Assembly: GCA_049975285.1 (NCBI GenBank)
Contig: JBNGDQ010000002.1
Span: 1 to 34,936, forward strand
Length of the DNA: 34,936 bases
Direction: 5' to 3'
Source: Thermoplasmatota archaeon
GTDB lineage: Archaea; Thermoplasmatota; E2; UBA202; DSCA01
Shown: positions 24,701 through 31,450 of the stretch, in pieces
How the letters are laid out: every line of letters begins with the position of its first letter
How positions within the stretch are numbered: position 1 is the stretch's first letter
Position numbers and translations under genes: made by a program
Notes under the pieces: model-generated
What the model was told of the DNA's origin: nothing
Seen by the model: only the letters and a program-made list of their open reading frames with translations
Database searches by the model: none

Positions 24701-27196
24701 GGACGGGGCGGCGTCCTGTATGTATATCGCGGTTACGCCGGTATCGAAGATGGAGGACTGCACCGTGACCGCCGTTGACTGATTGATGCATATTCCGCGG
24801 GTAACGCTGGAAAACATGCAGTCAGAGATGGTGGCGGCCGCGTTGTACAGGACGATGGAGTCCCCAGTCGTGCCGGAAAACGTGACATTGTGGATGGTCG
24901 CTTCCATAGTCTGTCCGCTGTCGACGGCATCGATGCCGACAGCGTTACCGGACAAGATGCAGTCTGATACATCGGTTCCCGACGATGATGAGAGACGAAT
25001 GGCTGCCTCCGGGCTGTCGCGGATGGTGGTCCCTGTAATAGTGTTAAAATCTCCCGTGACTTCTATGCCGATGGTGTTACCCGTCAGCGTGTTGTTGACG
25101 ACCGAGCTCCCCGCGGCGCGGAGAAGGATGGCCTTGTCGTTGTCGCGCAGGACGTTATCCCCGATGCTGCAGCCCTGATTGATGATGTCGATGGCCACAT
25201 GGTTGTCCTGGAAGGTGTTCCCCCAGATGTAACAATCCTGAGCATTTTTGACCTGGACGGCATGAATCGCGTCCGTAAACACGTTATCCTCGATGGTATG
25301 GTTGACCCCGTCGACGAGGGCAACGCCATCTGGCGTCTGCATGAATGTATTGTACGCAATATAGGTATGTGAGCCTTCTACTCGGACAGCGGCCCCTGAC
25401 CCATATCCCTGCTGAAAGATATTCGACGTGACGAGGGCATGGTCACCCTGGATGCGGATGCCGCCGGCGGCGGTGTCCAGCTGGCAGCCAGTGATGGTCA
25501 CGTTATCCGCTAAAACTACGGCCGCCTGAGAGGTATTGACAATGTGGAGCTCATGGAGAACCGTCGTGGCAGCCGTCACGGTAAACGCGGTACCGCCGAT
25601 TCCGTCCACGGTGGCGTCCTTGCCAGCGATGGTGACGGGTTTGTCGACCACCACCTGCTCAGGATAGGTGCCCTCGAGTACATGGATGAGATTACCAGCG
25701 CTTGCATTGTCGACGCCTTCCTGTATCGTCCGAACGTGAGAGTGGTCATACCAGTCCGGGCTCTGGTCGTCGTCGACGTAGATGTCGGCCACGTGGACCT
25801 GCCGGGTAGAACGGTTGGTGTCATCGCTGTCATCCGTGACGATGAGCGTCACCGTATGGAGGCCGTTCGTGGAAAACATATGGGTGACGTTGGGGCCATA
25901 ACCAGCGGTCTGGTTGTCGATGAGCCACGTCTGATTGACGATGAAGCCATCCGGATCCGTGGTGTTCTGCCGGGTGTCGCCAGGACCGATCGAGTGGTTA
26001 TAAAAGGTGACATTTTCGTCGACGGCCGGGTAGACGGGGTCCCATGAGATGAATACGTCAGGCGGCAGGTTGACCACGTCGACCTCCCGCGTCGTTGTGT
26101 TATAGGCGTAGTCGTTGTCAATGACGGTCAGCGTGACAGTGTAGGAGCCCTTGGCGCTGTATCGATGCGTGGTGTCGCGCTCGTGGCTGATGGTGCCGTC
26201 GCCGAAGTCCCAGGTTCGGTTGATGATGGTGCCGTCCATGTCGACCGAGGAGTCATTGAATGCGACGTCTGTCTTGATGGTAGCCTCGACGGGGTGGATG
26301 AAGGGCTGGACGTCGGGCAGATAGTTGGTGGTGTCGACGGTTCTGGTAAGGATGTCTGTTTCGCCGTCGTCGTCCATCACAGTCAGATTTACATTGTAGG
26401 AGCCGTTTTCATCGTAGACGTGCGTGGGATTCTGCAGGTAGCTGGTGTTGCCGTCGCCGAAGCTCCAGGTATAGTTGACGATGGTGCCATCCGTGTCCCG
26501 GGAATCAGTGGCATCGAAGTGAATGCCGCTGTTCTCCCGCGTCCAGTAGAACTGTGCAGTAGGAGGGACGTTGAATACGAACACCTGCTTTGTGGCACTA
26601 TCTGGAGGGTACGTACCGTTTTCGTGCCGCAGGGTGAGCATTACCTCATAGATGCCGTTGTCGGTGAAGGTATGATTGATGGAGGGGCCATATTTGACGT
26701 GACCGTCATCGAGATTCCAGGTCCAGTTCCACGGTCCGGTTTTGGATTCATTTTCCGGATAGATGGACGTATCCCAGAAGTGAACCTCCGTCTGCGTGGT
26801 CGGAGTCTCGGGCTCCCAGGTAAAATCAACGATCGGTGGCTCAGTGGAGATGGTGAGCGTCCGGGTATTCGAGGAGCTATCGCCATCCTGATCCGTGGTG
26901 AGCCTGACGGTGTAGCTGCCCGGCTGCTGGAAGGTATGCGTCACTGTTTTACCGGAGCCGCCGGTGTCATCACCGAACGACCACGTGTAATTGGCACTGT
27001 CGGGACCGAACGCCATGAACGCTACCGTGGTTATACCAGTGTGCTGCCAGTAAAAGTAGGCAGCGCTCACCGCCTGTTTCTCATAGGATGAGATGGATTC
27101 GCTGCCCCCGGGCTGTATGCCTCCCAGCGCCGCCAGTCCAAGTAATAATATGAGTACTACTGCAAAAACGCTTTTTGCATGTGGCTTTGTCATCAT
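21731..27196 (-). CDS. Giant cell-surface protein: signal peptide, 5 PKD domains, about 1000 aa of right-handed parallel beta-helix (NosD/PbH1-like) repeats, 3 PKD domains, PGF-CTERM anchor
   Basis: 1821 aa. Signal peptide MMTKPHAKSVFAVVLILLLGLAALGG. PKD signature WxFGDG plus YTVTLTV recurs 8 times. The central region is built from ~22-aa N/T/G/D-rich beta-helix rungs (for example NNTLTGNTIGIEV, HNNTIGLHLAGEN). More than 40 N-X-S/T sequons by manual count. C-terminus DTPGFMLPLLLLALAVVAIGFSRRRGKI. Confidence 0.85.
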   Translation of the reverse strand: MMTKPHAKSVFAVVLILLLGLAALGGIQPGGSESISSYEKQAVSAAYFYWQHTGITTVAFMAFGPDSANYTWSFGDDTGGSGKTVTHTFQQPGSYTVRLTTDQDGDSSSNTRTLTISTEPPIVDFTWEPETPTTQTEVHFWDTSIYPENESKTGPWNWTWNLDDGHVKYGPSINHTFTDNGIYEVMLTLRHENGTYPPDSATKQVFVFNVPPTAQFYWTRENSGIHFDATDSRDTDGTIVNYTWSFGDGNTSYLQNPTHVYDENGSYNVNLTVMDDDGETDILTRTVDTTNYLPDVQPFIHPVEATIKTDVAFNDSSVDMDGTIINRTWDFGDGTISHERDTTHRYSAKGSYTVTLTVIDNDYAYNTTTREVDVVNLPPDVFISWDPVYPAVDENVTFYNHSIGPGDTRQNTTDPDGFIVNQTWLIDNQTAGYGPNVTHMFSTNGLHTVTLIVTDDSDDTNRSTRQVHVADIYVDDDQSPDWYDHSHVRTIQEGVDNASAGNLIHVLEGTYPEQVVVDKPVTIAGKDATVDGIGGTAFTVTAATTVLHELHIVNTSQAAVVLADNVTITGCQLDTAAGGIRIQGDHALVTSNIFQQGYGSGAAVRVEGSHTYIAYNTFMQTPDGVALVDGVNHTIEDNVFTDAIHAVQVKNAQDCYIWGNTFQDNHVAIDIINQGCSIGDNVLRDNDKAILLRAAGSSVVNNTLTGNTIGIEVTGDFNTITGTTIRDSPEAAIRLSSSSGTDVSDCILSGNAVGIDAVDSGQTMEATIHNVTFSGTTGDSIVLYNAAATISDCMFSSVTRGICINQSTAVTVQSSIFDTGVTAIYIQDAAPSIEGCDISGYTSGIVSHGQHATISGSTLHNNTIGLHLAGENTSLLDCLIKDNDVGVAAHGARNLTVNCTIHTNNDGMTIQGGENISLEGARFANNTNALSLTDTHDVTVMACSIETSSTAIALVDTSDCQFAENHLHDNHLAVTLLTSSYNTFDGNNLTGNTVGFLLSRAPSNVLRDNSFTDNDYALDLEGSSISQYYQDIDTSNMVNGQPVHYITHQSDVEKGSQYGYLAFVSCDNVTVTGATTEPNGEGLLLVDVHDFSIQQGTFTRSRVGAVLFASSHGTIAATNCSDNTDDGISMTRGTHNISITGCTITGNGQRGINLYRSTGGAGHVSISDSHVMDNWLGVNIENTRANVIENLTLSGHQDVAIRLYKSDDTSIGNVTLHDNTGGLEILRSTATLHEVTAHHHDTAVMITDGSVVMHGGTLHDNDVGITATRATVTVTDAALSTHMTGVRADNATLSIAATSFQDNERALHAVLSTVTVDGCLIANNTYGMQLNHVNGSRIVNCTDDASIANNTYGITIDDSAGVTVANCSFSDNDNALTVTASTGTTVDACLAFNNTDAFVIVDANDTAISDSLLHHNVHALDIQSNNTTVMYCSFWKNMYGVHILNGRFNSIYHNNFAYNMEQASDVSVNNSWDNGYPAGGNYWSNYAGTDHRTGAAQNQSGSDGIGDIPFPVPGGSTADTYPLLEVVDGATAIPNSPPEAAFFIYPSNPLSTEAVDFVDQSTDPNGNSDIVTWQWDFGDGNTSSQRHPSHTYLHPGNYTVTLTVTDGQGANSSYQKNVTVINTPPEAHFTLSPQQAAVGETIQFTDDSMDSNGDIVSWNWTFGDGSTSSQQNPSHQYGDVGTYTVTLTVTDSEGATDTYTATVTVAGVSPTAAFSAAPSKPKAGELVAFTDLSTDDGDVVTWHWDFGDGNASAAQNPSHEYEKAGTYTVTLTVWDDDGAKDTTTKTITVEGDNDTPGFMLPLLLLALAVVAIGFSRRRGKI
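21734..21811 (-). other. PGF-CTERM archaeal sorting signal (archaeosortase A substrate motif)
   Basis: PGF tripeptide, hydrophobic helix MLPLLLLALAVVAIGF, then basic tail SRRRGKI at the extreme C-terminus. Confidence 0.75.
21830..22597 (-). repeat. Three tandem PKD-domain coding repeats (period about 250 nt)
   Basis: Residues ~1534-1789: TWQWDFGDGNTS...YTVTLTVTD, SWNWTFGDGSTS...YTVTLTVTD, TWHWDFGDGNAS...YTVTLTVWD. Confidence 0.8.
22757..25714 (-). repeat. Parallel beta-helix repeat region (approximate bounds)
   Basis: Dozens of degenerate ~22-aa rungs with conserved N/G/I/V spacing, residues ~495-1480. Boundaries estimated by eye. Confidence 0.6.
25787..27034 (-). repeat. Five tandem PKD-domain coding repeats
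   Basis: Residues ~55-470: YTWSFGDDTGG, WNWTWNLDDGH, YTWSFGDGNTS, RTWDFGDGTIS and QTWLIDNQTAG. Each is followed by a (S/I)YxVxLxV strand. Confidence 0.75.
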
Positions 27197-27214
27197 TTTT
27201 TCCCCCGATTGTGG

Positions 27215-27230
27215 ACTTAAAAAAGAATAT
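27215..27230 (-). promoter_or_regulatory. TATA-like box ATATTCTTTTTTAAGT (minus strand) for the giant gene
   Basis: Centred about 26 nt upstream of ATG 27196. A second AT-rich box (27238-27251) lies about 49 nt upstream, so the assignment is ambiguous. Confidence 0.35.
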
Positions 27231-27264
27231 GACGTGCTTATTTATAAATTTGTATCCCTGTCCT

Positions 27265-28038
27265 TCAATCAGCGGCTTCGAGGCGGCTGATGTCTCCGGC
27301 GTGCAGTTCGCCGTTTTTCATGTAGACGCGCCTGGCTATGAGCACGTCGCCCTCGGTGAACTGCTGCAGTTGTTTGACCAGGTCATTCCAGACGACGAGG
27401 GTCTGTTCGCCGGTCTCGTCGATGAGGGTCACCCGGGCGGAGAATGTCTCACCGCTGGCGGTAAGATAGACCTGCGTGGGGGTGATGGCCTCGATGGTAG
27501 CTCGGATGTCGACGACACCCTGGTCGATGTCCCCCAGCGGCGTCGGTTTATCCGTGACCTCGATGTCGGGGGCATCAGTGGGCGTGATCTCGATGAGGCC
27601 CCATTTGCCGATGTTGACCTCTATACCGTGGAAGCCCTCCTTGACGTATCCATTGATGACCTTGATGGTTTTGCCCTCCGAGATTTTTTCAGCTGCAACG
27701 AGATCCACGTCGGTGTCCCAGAGCACGAGCACGCATCGCCCCGTTTCGTCGGATATGATACAGTTGACGACCCGGCCGCCGCTGAACTCTCTAATGTCTC
27801 CGACATACTCCACGCGGGCGTAGAGCGTCGCATCCATATCCGGAGCCAATGCCGTTATCGGCGTCAAAGGGAGCAGGTTACGGCAGTGCTTGTCCACCAC
27901 GATGAGCGCCGCTGCGTCCTCGTCGATGAGGCCGCCGTAGGCCTCGATTTCCTCCCGGATCAGACGGTCGTATTCCTCTCGGTCGAGGATGTCCTGGACG
28001 GCCCGGTAGAGCTCGTTTTTGGTGTAGCGCTCCGGCAT
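27265..28038 (-). CDS. RPA-like single-stranded-DNA-binding protein with two OB folds
   Basis: N-terminal helical module ending GGLIDEDAAALIVV, as in archaeal RPA N-termini. Then two OB-fold-like units (ATLYARVEYVGDIREFSGGRVVNCIISDETGRCVLVLWD and VDIRATIEAITPTQVYLTASGETFSARVTLIDETGEQTLVVWN). No zinc finger. Confidence 0.65.
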   Translation of the reverse strand: MPERYTKNELYRAVQDILDREEYDRLIREEIEAYGGLIDEDAAALIVVDKHCRNLLPLTPITALAPDMDATLYARVEYVGDIREFSGGRVVNCIISDETGRCVLVLWDTDVDLVAAEKISEGKTIKVINGYVKEGFHGIEVNIGKWGLIEITPTDAPDIEVTDKPTPLGDIDQGVVDIRATIEAITPTQVYLTASGETFSARVTLIDETGEQTLVVWNDLVKQLQQFTEGDVLIARRVYMKNGELHAGDISRLEAAD

Positions 28039-28080
28039 ACGTGGTGATGGCGCAGCCCTTGATAGTGTTTTCGTGATAGA

Positions 28081-28088
28081 TTTTTATA
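28081..28088 (+). promoter_or_regulatory. TATA box TTTTTATA for the HPS-RraA gene
   Basis: Centred about 25 nt upstream of ATG 28110, in the 71-bp divergent intergenic region. Confidence 0.5.
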
Positions 28089-28109
28089 GGCTCGGATGTT
28101 TAAATCGGC

Positions 28110-29393
28110 ATGAAACCGGTGCTGCAGGTCGCGCTCGACCTGGTAAACATGGATCGCGCATTCCAGATTGCCCGGGAGGCCGTCGAGGGTGGCGTCGACT
28201 GGCTGGAGGCCGGTACGCCGCTTATCAAGGCGGAGGGCATGAACGCGGTTCGTCGCCTGGCGGAGCTGGAGGCGCCAGTGGTCGCGGACATGAAGACCAT
28301 GGACGTCGGCGACATCGAGGTGGAGATGGCGGCTAAGGCGGGCGCCTCGGTCGTCTGTCTGCTGGGCGTCGCCAGCGACGAGACCCTGCGGGAGGGTATC
28401 GCGGCGGCGCATCGCTATGGCACCGAGATACTGGTCGACCTTATAGGCGTGCCTCATCTGGAGGAGCGAGCCAGGCAGGTCGAGGAGCTCGGCGCCGACT
28501 ATGTGGGCGTGCATGTCTCCATCGATGAGCAGATGACCGGTCGGCAGCCGTTCGAGGATATCCAGCGGGTTGCCTCCTGCTGCTCTATACCGGTAGCGGC
28601 GGCGGGCGGCATCACCAGTGAGACCGCACCGCTGGCCATCGAGAACGGCGCATGCATCGTCATCGTCGGCGGGGCTATCATCAAGGCGGAGCAGGTCTCC
28701 GAGGCGGCGCGCACTATAAAAATGGCGATGCGGGAGGGAAAAGCGATTAAAAGCGACCAGTTCAAAAAGTACGGACGGGACGAGATACGGCAGGCATTGC
28801 AGCGGGTGTCGGCCTGCAACGTCTGCGATGCGATGCACAACGCCGGCGGGCTTCGCGGCATCCGTCCCCTGAAGGAGGGCTATCATCTGGTCGGGCCGGC
28901 GTTGACGGTGAAAACCCTGGATGGCGACTGGGCGAAGGTGGTGGAGGCCATCGACATCGCGAATGAGGGCGACATCATCGTGGTGCAGGCCGCTCCGGGC
29001 AATCAGGCGGTCTGGGGGGAACTGGCCACGTGGAGCGCCGTCAAAAACGGTATCGGCGGCGTGGTCATCGATGGAGCCGTCCGGGACGTGGGAGACATCC
29101 GGCAGCAGGACATCCCGGTGTTCTCCCGTCACATGGTGGCCGAGGCGGGTGAACCGAAGGGCTACGGCGAGATCGGCTATGACATCATCTGCGGCGGGCA
29201 GCCCGTACGCTCTGGTGACTGGCTGGTCGGGGATGACAGCGGACTGGTCGTCATCCCCAAGGAGCGGGCGCAGGAAATCGCCAACCGGGCGGTCAACGTC
29301 CACGAGCGAGAAAACCGGATGCGGGAGGAGATAAAGCGCGGCAGCTCTCTTGGCCGGGTGCTCGAGCTGGAAAAATGGGAGAAAAAACGCTAG
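28110..29393 (+). CDS. Fusion protein: 3-hexulose-6-phosphate synthase (OMPdecase/HUMPS family) plus an RraA-like (class II aldolase / decarboxylase fold) domain
   Basis: N-terminal half: MKPVLQVALDLVNMDRAFQIA...DWLEAGTPLIK...VVADMKTMDVG...GADYVGVHVSID...AAAGGI. C-terminal half from about 28770: VCDAMHNAGGL...VGPALTVK...GDIIVVQ...AVWGELATWSAVKNGIGGVVIDGAVRD (RraA/MenG-like). Confidence 0.8.
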   Translation: MKPVLQVALDLVNMDRAFQIAREAVEGGVDWLEAGTPLIKAEGMNAVRRLAELEAPVVADMKTMDVGDIEVEMAAKAGASVVCLLGVASDETLREGIAAAHRYGTEILVDLIGVPHLEERARQVEELGADYVGVHVSIDEQMTGRQPFEDIQRVASCCSIPVAAAGGITSETAPLAIENGACIVIVGGAIIKAEQVSEAARTIKMAMREGKAIKSDQFKKYGRDEIRQALQRVSACNVCDAMHNAGGLRGIRPLKEGYHLVGPALTVKTLDGDWAKVVEAIDIANEGDIIVVQAAPGNQAVWGELATWSAVKNGIGGVVIDGAVRDVGDIRQQDIPVFSRHMVAEAGEPKGYGEIGYDIICGGQPVRSGDWLVGDDSGLVVIPKERAQEIANRAVNVHERENRMREEIKRGSSLGRVLELEKWEKKR

Positions 29394-29394
29394 G

Positions 29395-30021
29395 CTAGTA
29401 CTGCGCTATGAGTCGTCGCGCCCACTGCAGCTTTTTGTGCTTGATCGCACGGTCTTTCCCGGGCTTGTATCGTGGATGGTCAAAGTCGAAGCCGAGGAGC
29501 GTGATTGACGCCGCGTTGCATTCTCGGGCCAGGAAATAGGCGCGGTCGCCATCGGTGAACCCCCCGAAGTTGTAGACGTCATCGAAGGGTGTCGCCTGCG
29601 TGGTCAGCACAACCGGACCAGTGAAGCAGGGTGCATACCGGCGTAACGCTTCGATGTTGTCCCCGTGGGCGTGGATGACGGTGATGCTGCCCTGCTGACT
29701 GGCATGTACCTGATCCGTAACGTCGCCGTCGAGGTCCGTGACGATGACGTCGGGCTGGATATTGTAGCGAAGTAACGTTGAGGTGGCCTCGTCCGCAGCG
29801 ATGACGATGGCCGTGGCATCTGTAACTTCGTGCTCGAGGGTTTCCGCTGCGCCGCACACCGTTGCGTCTTTTCCTGCGATACGCTCCTTCAAAAGGTCGG
29901 GAGATGCGGGCTCGTCGACCAGCGAATGGAGGATACTGGCGGCCTGTTCGTCCGCCTGCCTGCTGTAATCAAAGTCGGCGAGGATACGCTCATAGATGGG
30001 CTCCCAGGTCTGGAAGTCCAT
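29395..30021 (-). CDS. mptE: MptE-like 6-hydroxymethyl-7,8-dihydropterin pyrophosphokinase (DUF115/COG1634)
   Basis: MDFQTWEPIYERILADFDYS..., VIVTDLDGD and ITVIHAHGDN motifs recalled for archaeal MptE. ATG 30021 lies 1 nt after the guaA stop. The track extension to 30123 overlaps guaA. Confidence 0.6.
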   Translation of the reverse strand: MDFQTWEPIYERILADFDYSRQADEQAASILHSLVDEPASPDLLKERIAGKDATVCGAAETLEHEVTDATAIVIAADEATSTLLRYNIQPDVIVTDLDGDVTDQVHASQQGSITVIHAHGDNIEALRRYAPCFTGPVVLTTQATPFDDVYNFGGFTDGDRAYFLARECNAASITLLGFDFDHPRYKPGKDRAIKHKKLQWARRLIAQY

Positions 30022-30022
30022 G

Positions 30023-30967
30023 CTACTCCCATTCAACGGTGCCCGGCGGCTTATGGGTGATATCGTAGACGACACGGTTGACCTGGTTGAGCTCGTTGGT
30101 GATGCGCGTGGAGATACGGTCAAGCACCTCGAAAGGAATGCGGCTGAAATCAGCGGTCATCGCATCCAGGGATTCAACGGAACGAACCGCGATAGTGTAG
30201 CCATACGCTCGCCTATCGCCGTGCACGCCGACGGTCTTGATGGGAAGCAACACGGCGAAGTACTGCCAGGGCTTCGACATCGCTCCATCTGCGACAGCGG
30301 CATCAATTTCCTCCTCGACGATGGCGCAGGCATCCCGGATGACGCAGGCGCGCTCCGGGGTCACCTCACCGATGATGCGCACCGCCAGCCCCGGCCCGGG
30401 GAACGGCTGCCGTTCTGCTACGGGCAGCCCCAGCGCGCGGGCGACCTTGCGTACCTCGTCCTTGTAGAGGTCGCGGAGCGGCTCGACGAGCTCGAGGTCC
30501 ATGTCCTCGGGCAGGCCGCCGACGTTGTGATGCGACTTGATGGTGTCGCGGAGGCCGCCGCCACTCTCAATCCAGTCCGGGGCAATGGTGCCCTGTATGA
30601 GGTAGCCCGCATCGACGGTACGGGCCTCACGTTCAAATATCCGTATGAATTTTTCCCCGATGATTTTGCGTTTTTCCTCGGGATCGACGATGCCCGCTAG
30701 CGCCGCATAGAACTCGTCGGCCGCCTCGACGTAGCGCAGCGTCAGGTCCATGTCCCCAAGGATGTCTTTGACCTGCTCACCCTCGTCTTTCCGCATGCAG
30801 CCCGTATCGACGTAGATGGCGGTGAGGTCGCTGCCGAGGGCCATGCTGCCCAGCTGCGCCGCAACCGTGGAGTCCACGCCGCCCGAGGTGGCGATGATGG
30901 CTGTACCGTCGACTTGCTCGCGGATGCCCTGGACGGCCTGCTCGATGAATGCCTCAGGATCAAACAT
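30023..30967 (-). CDS. guaA: GMP synthase, ATP-pyrophosphatase subunit (subunit B)
   Basis: PP-loop [12 protein letters not shown], and the dimerisation/C-terminal signature ending KPPGTVEWE. No glutamine amidotransferase domain, the split arrangement typical of archaea. Confidence 0.9.
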   Translation of the reverse strand: MFDPEAFIEQAVQGIREQVDGTAIIATSGGVDSTVAAQLGSMALGSDLTAIYVDTGCMRKDEGEQVKDILGDMDLTLRYVEAADEFYAALAGIVDPEEKRKIIGEKFIRIFEREARTVDAGYLIQGTIAPDWIESGGGLRDTIKSHHNVGGLPEDMDLELVEPLRDLYKDEVRKVARALGLPVAERQPFPGPGLAVRIIGEVTPERACVIRDACAIVEEEIDAAVADGAMSKPWQYFAVLLPIKTVGVHGDRRAYGYTIAVRSVESLDAMTADFSRIPFEVLDRISTRITNELNQVNRVVYDITHKPPGTVEWE

Positions 30968-31397
30968 ACTTCTGCCTCATCTCCTCGCGGTACTCCTCGA
31001 GGCGCTCCCGCACCTCGGGATGCTGCAGACCGAGTATTTCCGCTGCGAGTAACGCGGCGTTGTCCCCCCGGTCGAGGCCGACGGCAGCGACGGGAATGCC
31101 AGGCGGCATCTGGACGATGGACAGGATGGCGTCCATATTGACTTTGCCGGAGACGGGGACCCCGATGACCGGCTTCGTGGTATGCGCGGCGAGGCTGCCG
31201 GGCAAGGCCGCTGCGAGGCCCGCGATGGCGATGAAGACATCCGCGTCGCCTGCAGCGATATCCTTGATTTTTTCTGGTGTACGGTGCGCCGAGGCCACGA
31301 TGGTTTCGTAGGGTATCTCGAGGTGCTCAAGCTTTTTTTCTGCCTTTTCGGCAACGGGCTGGTCGCTCATGCTGCCCATGACAATTGTTACCTTCAT
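30960..31397 (-). CDS. purE: 5-(carboxyamino)imidazole ribonucleotide mutase / AIR carboxylase catalytic subunit
   Basis: [15 protein letters not shown] and AGLAAALPG motifs. Overlaps the guaA start by 8 nt. Confidence 0.9.
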   Translation of the reverse strand: MKVTIVMGSMSDQPVAEKAEKKLEHLEIPYETIVASAHRTPEKIKDIAAGDADVFIAIAGLAAALPGSLAAHTTKPVIGVPVSGKVNMDAILSIVQMPPGIPVAAVGLDRGDNAALLAAEILGLQHPEVRERLEEYREEMRQKYV

Positions 31398-31417
31398 GGT
31401 TCCGAAATTCCAGGGGG

Positions 31418-31430
31418 TTAATAAAAATTT
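31418..31430. promoter_or_regulatory. Single AT-rich box TTAATAAAAATTT centred between the divergent purE and amidohydrolase starts
   Basis: Box centre is about 31424. That is 27 nt from the purE ATG (31397) and 27 nt from the amidohydrolase ATG (31451). It is the most extended AT-rich box in the 53-bp intergenic region (31398-31450); a weaker GATTTTAAT (31444-31452) runs into ATG 31451. Confidence 0.45.
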
Positions 31431-31450
31431 GCAGATGACAAAGGATTTTA

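Noticed and set aside
21830-27034. Periodic repeats that might be mistaken for a CRISPR array or a satellite.
   Set aside because: The ~250-nt periodicity lies entirely within one long open reading frame and corresponds to PKD protein domains. The repeats are diverged, not direct identical 25-40-nt units separated by unique spacers, and no cas genes are present.
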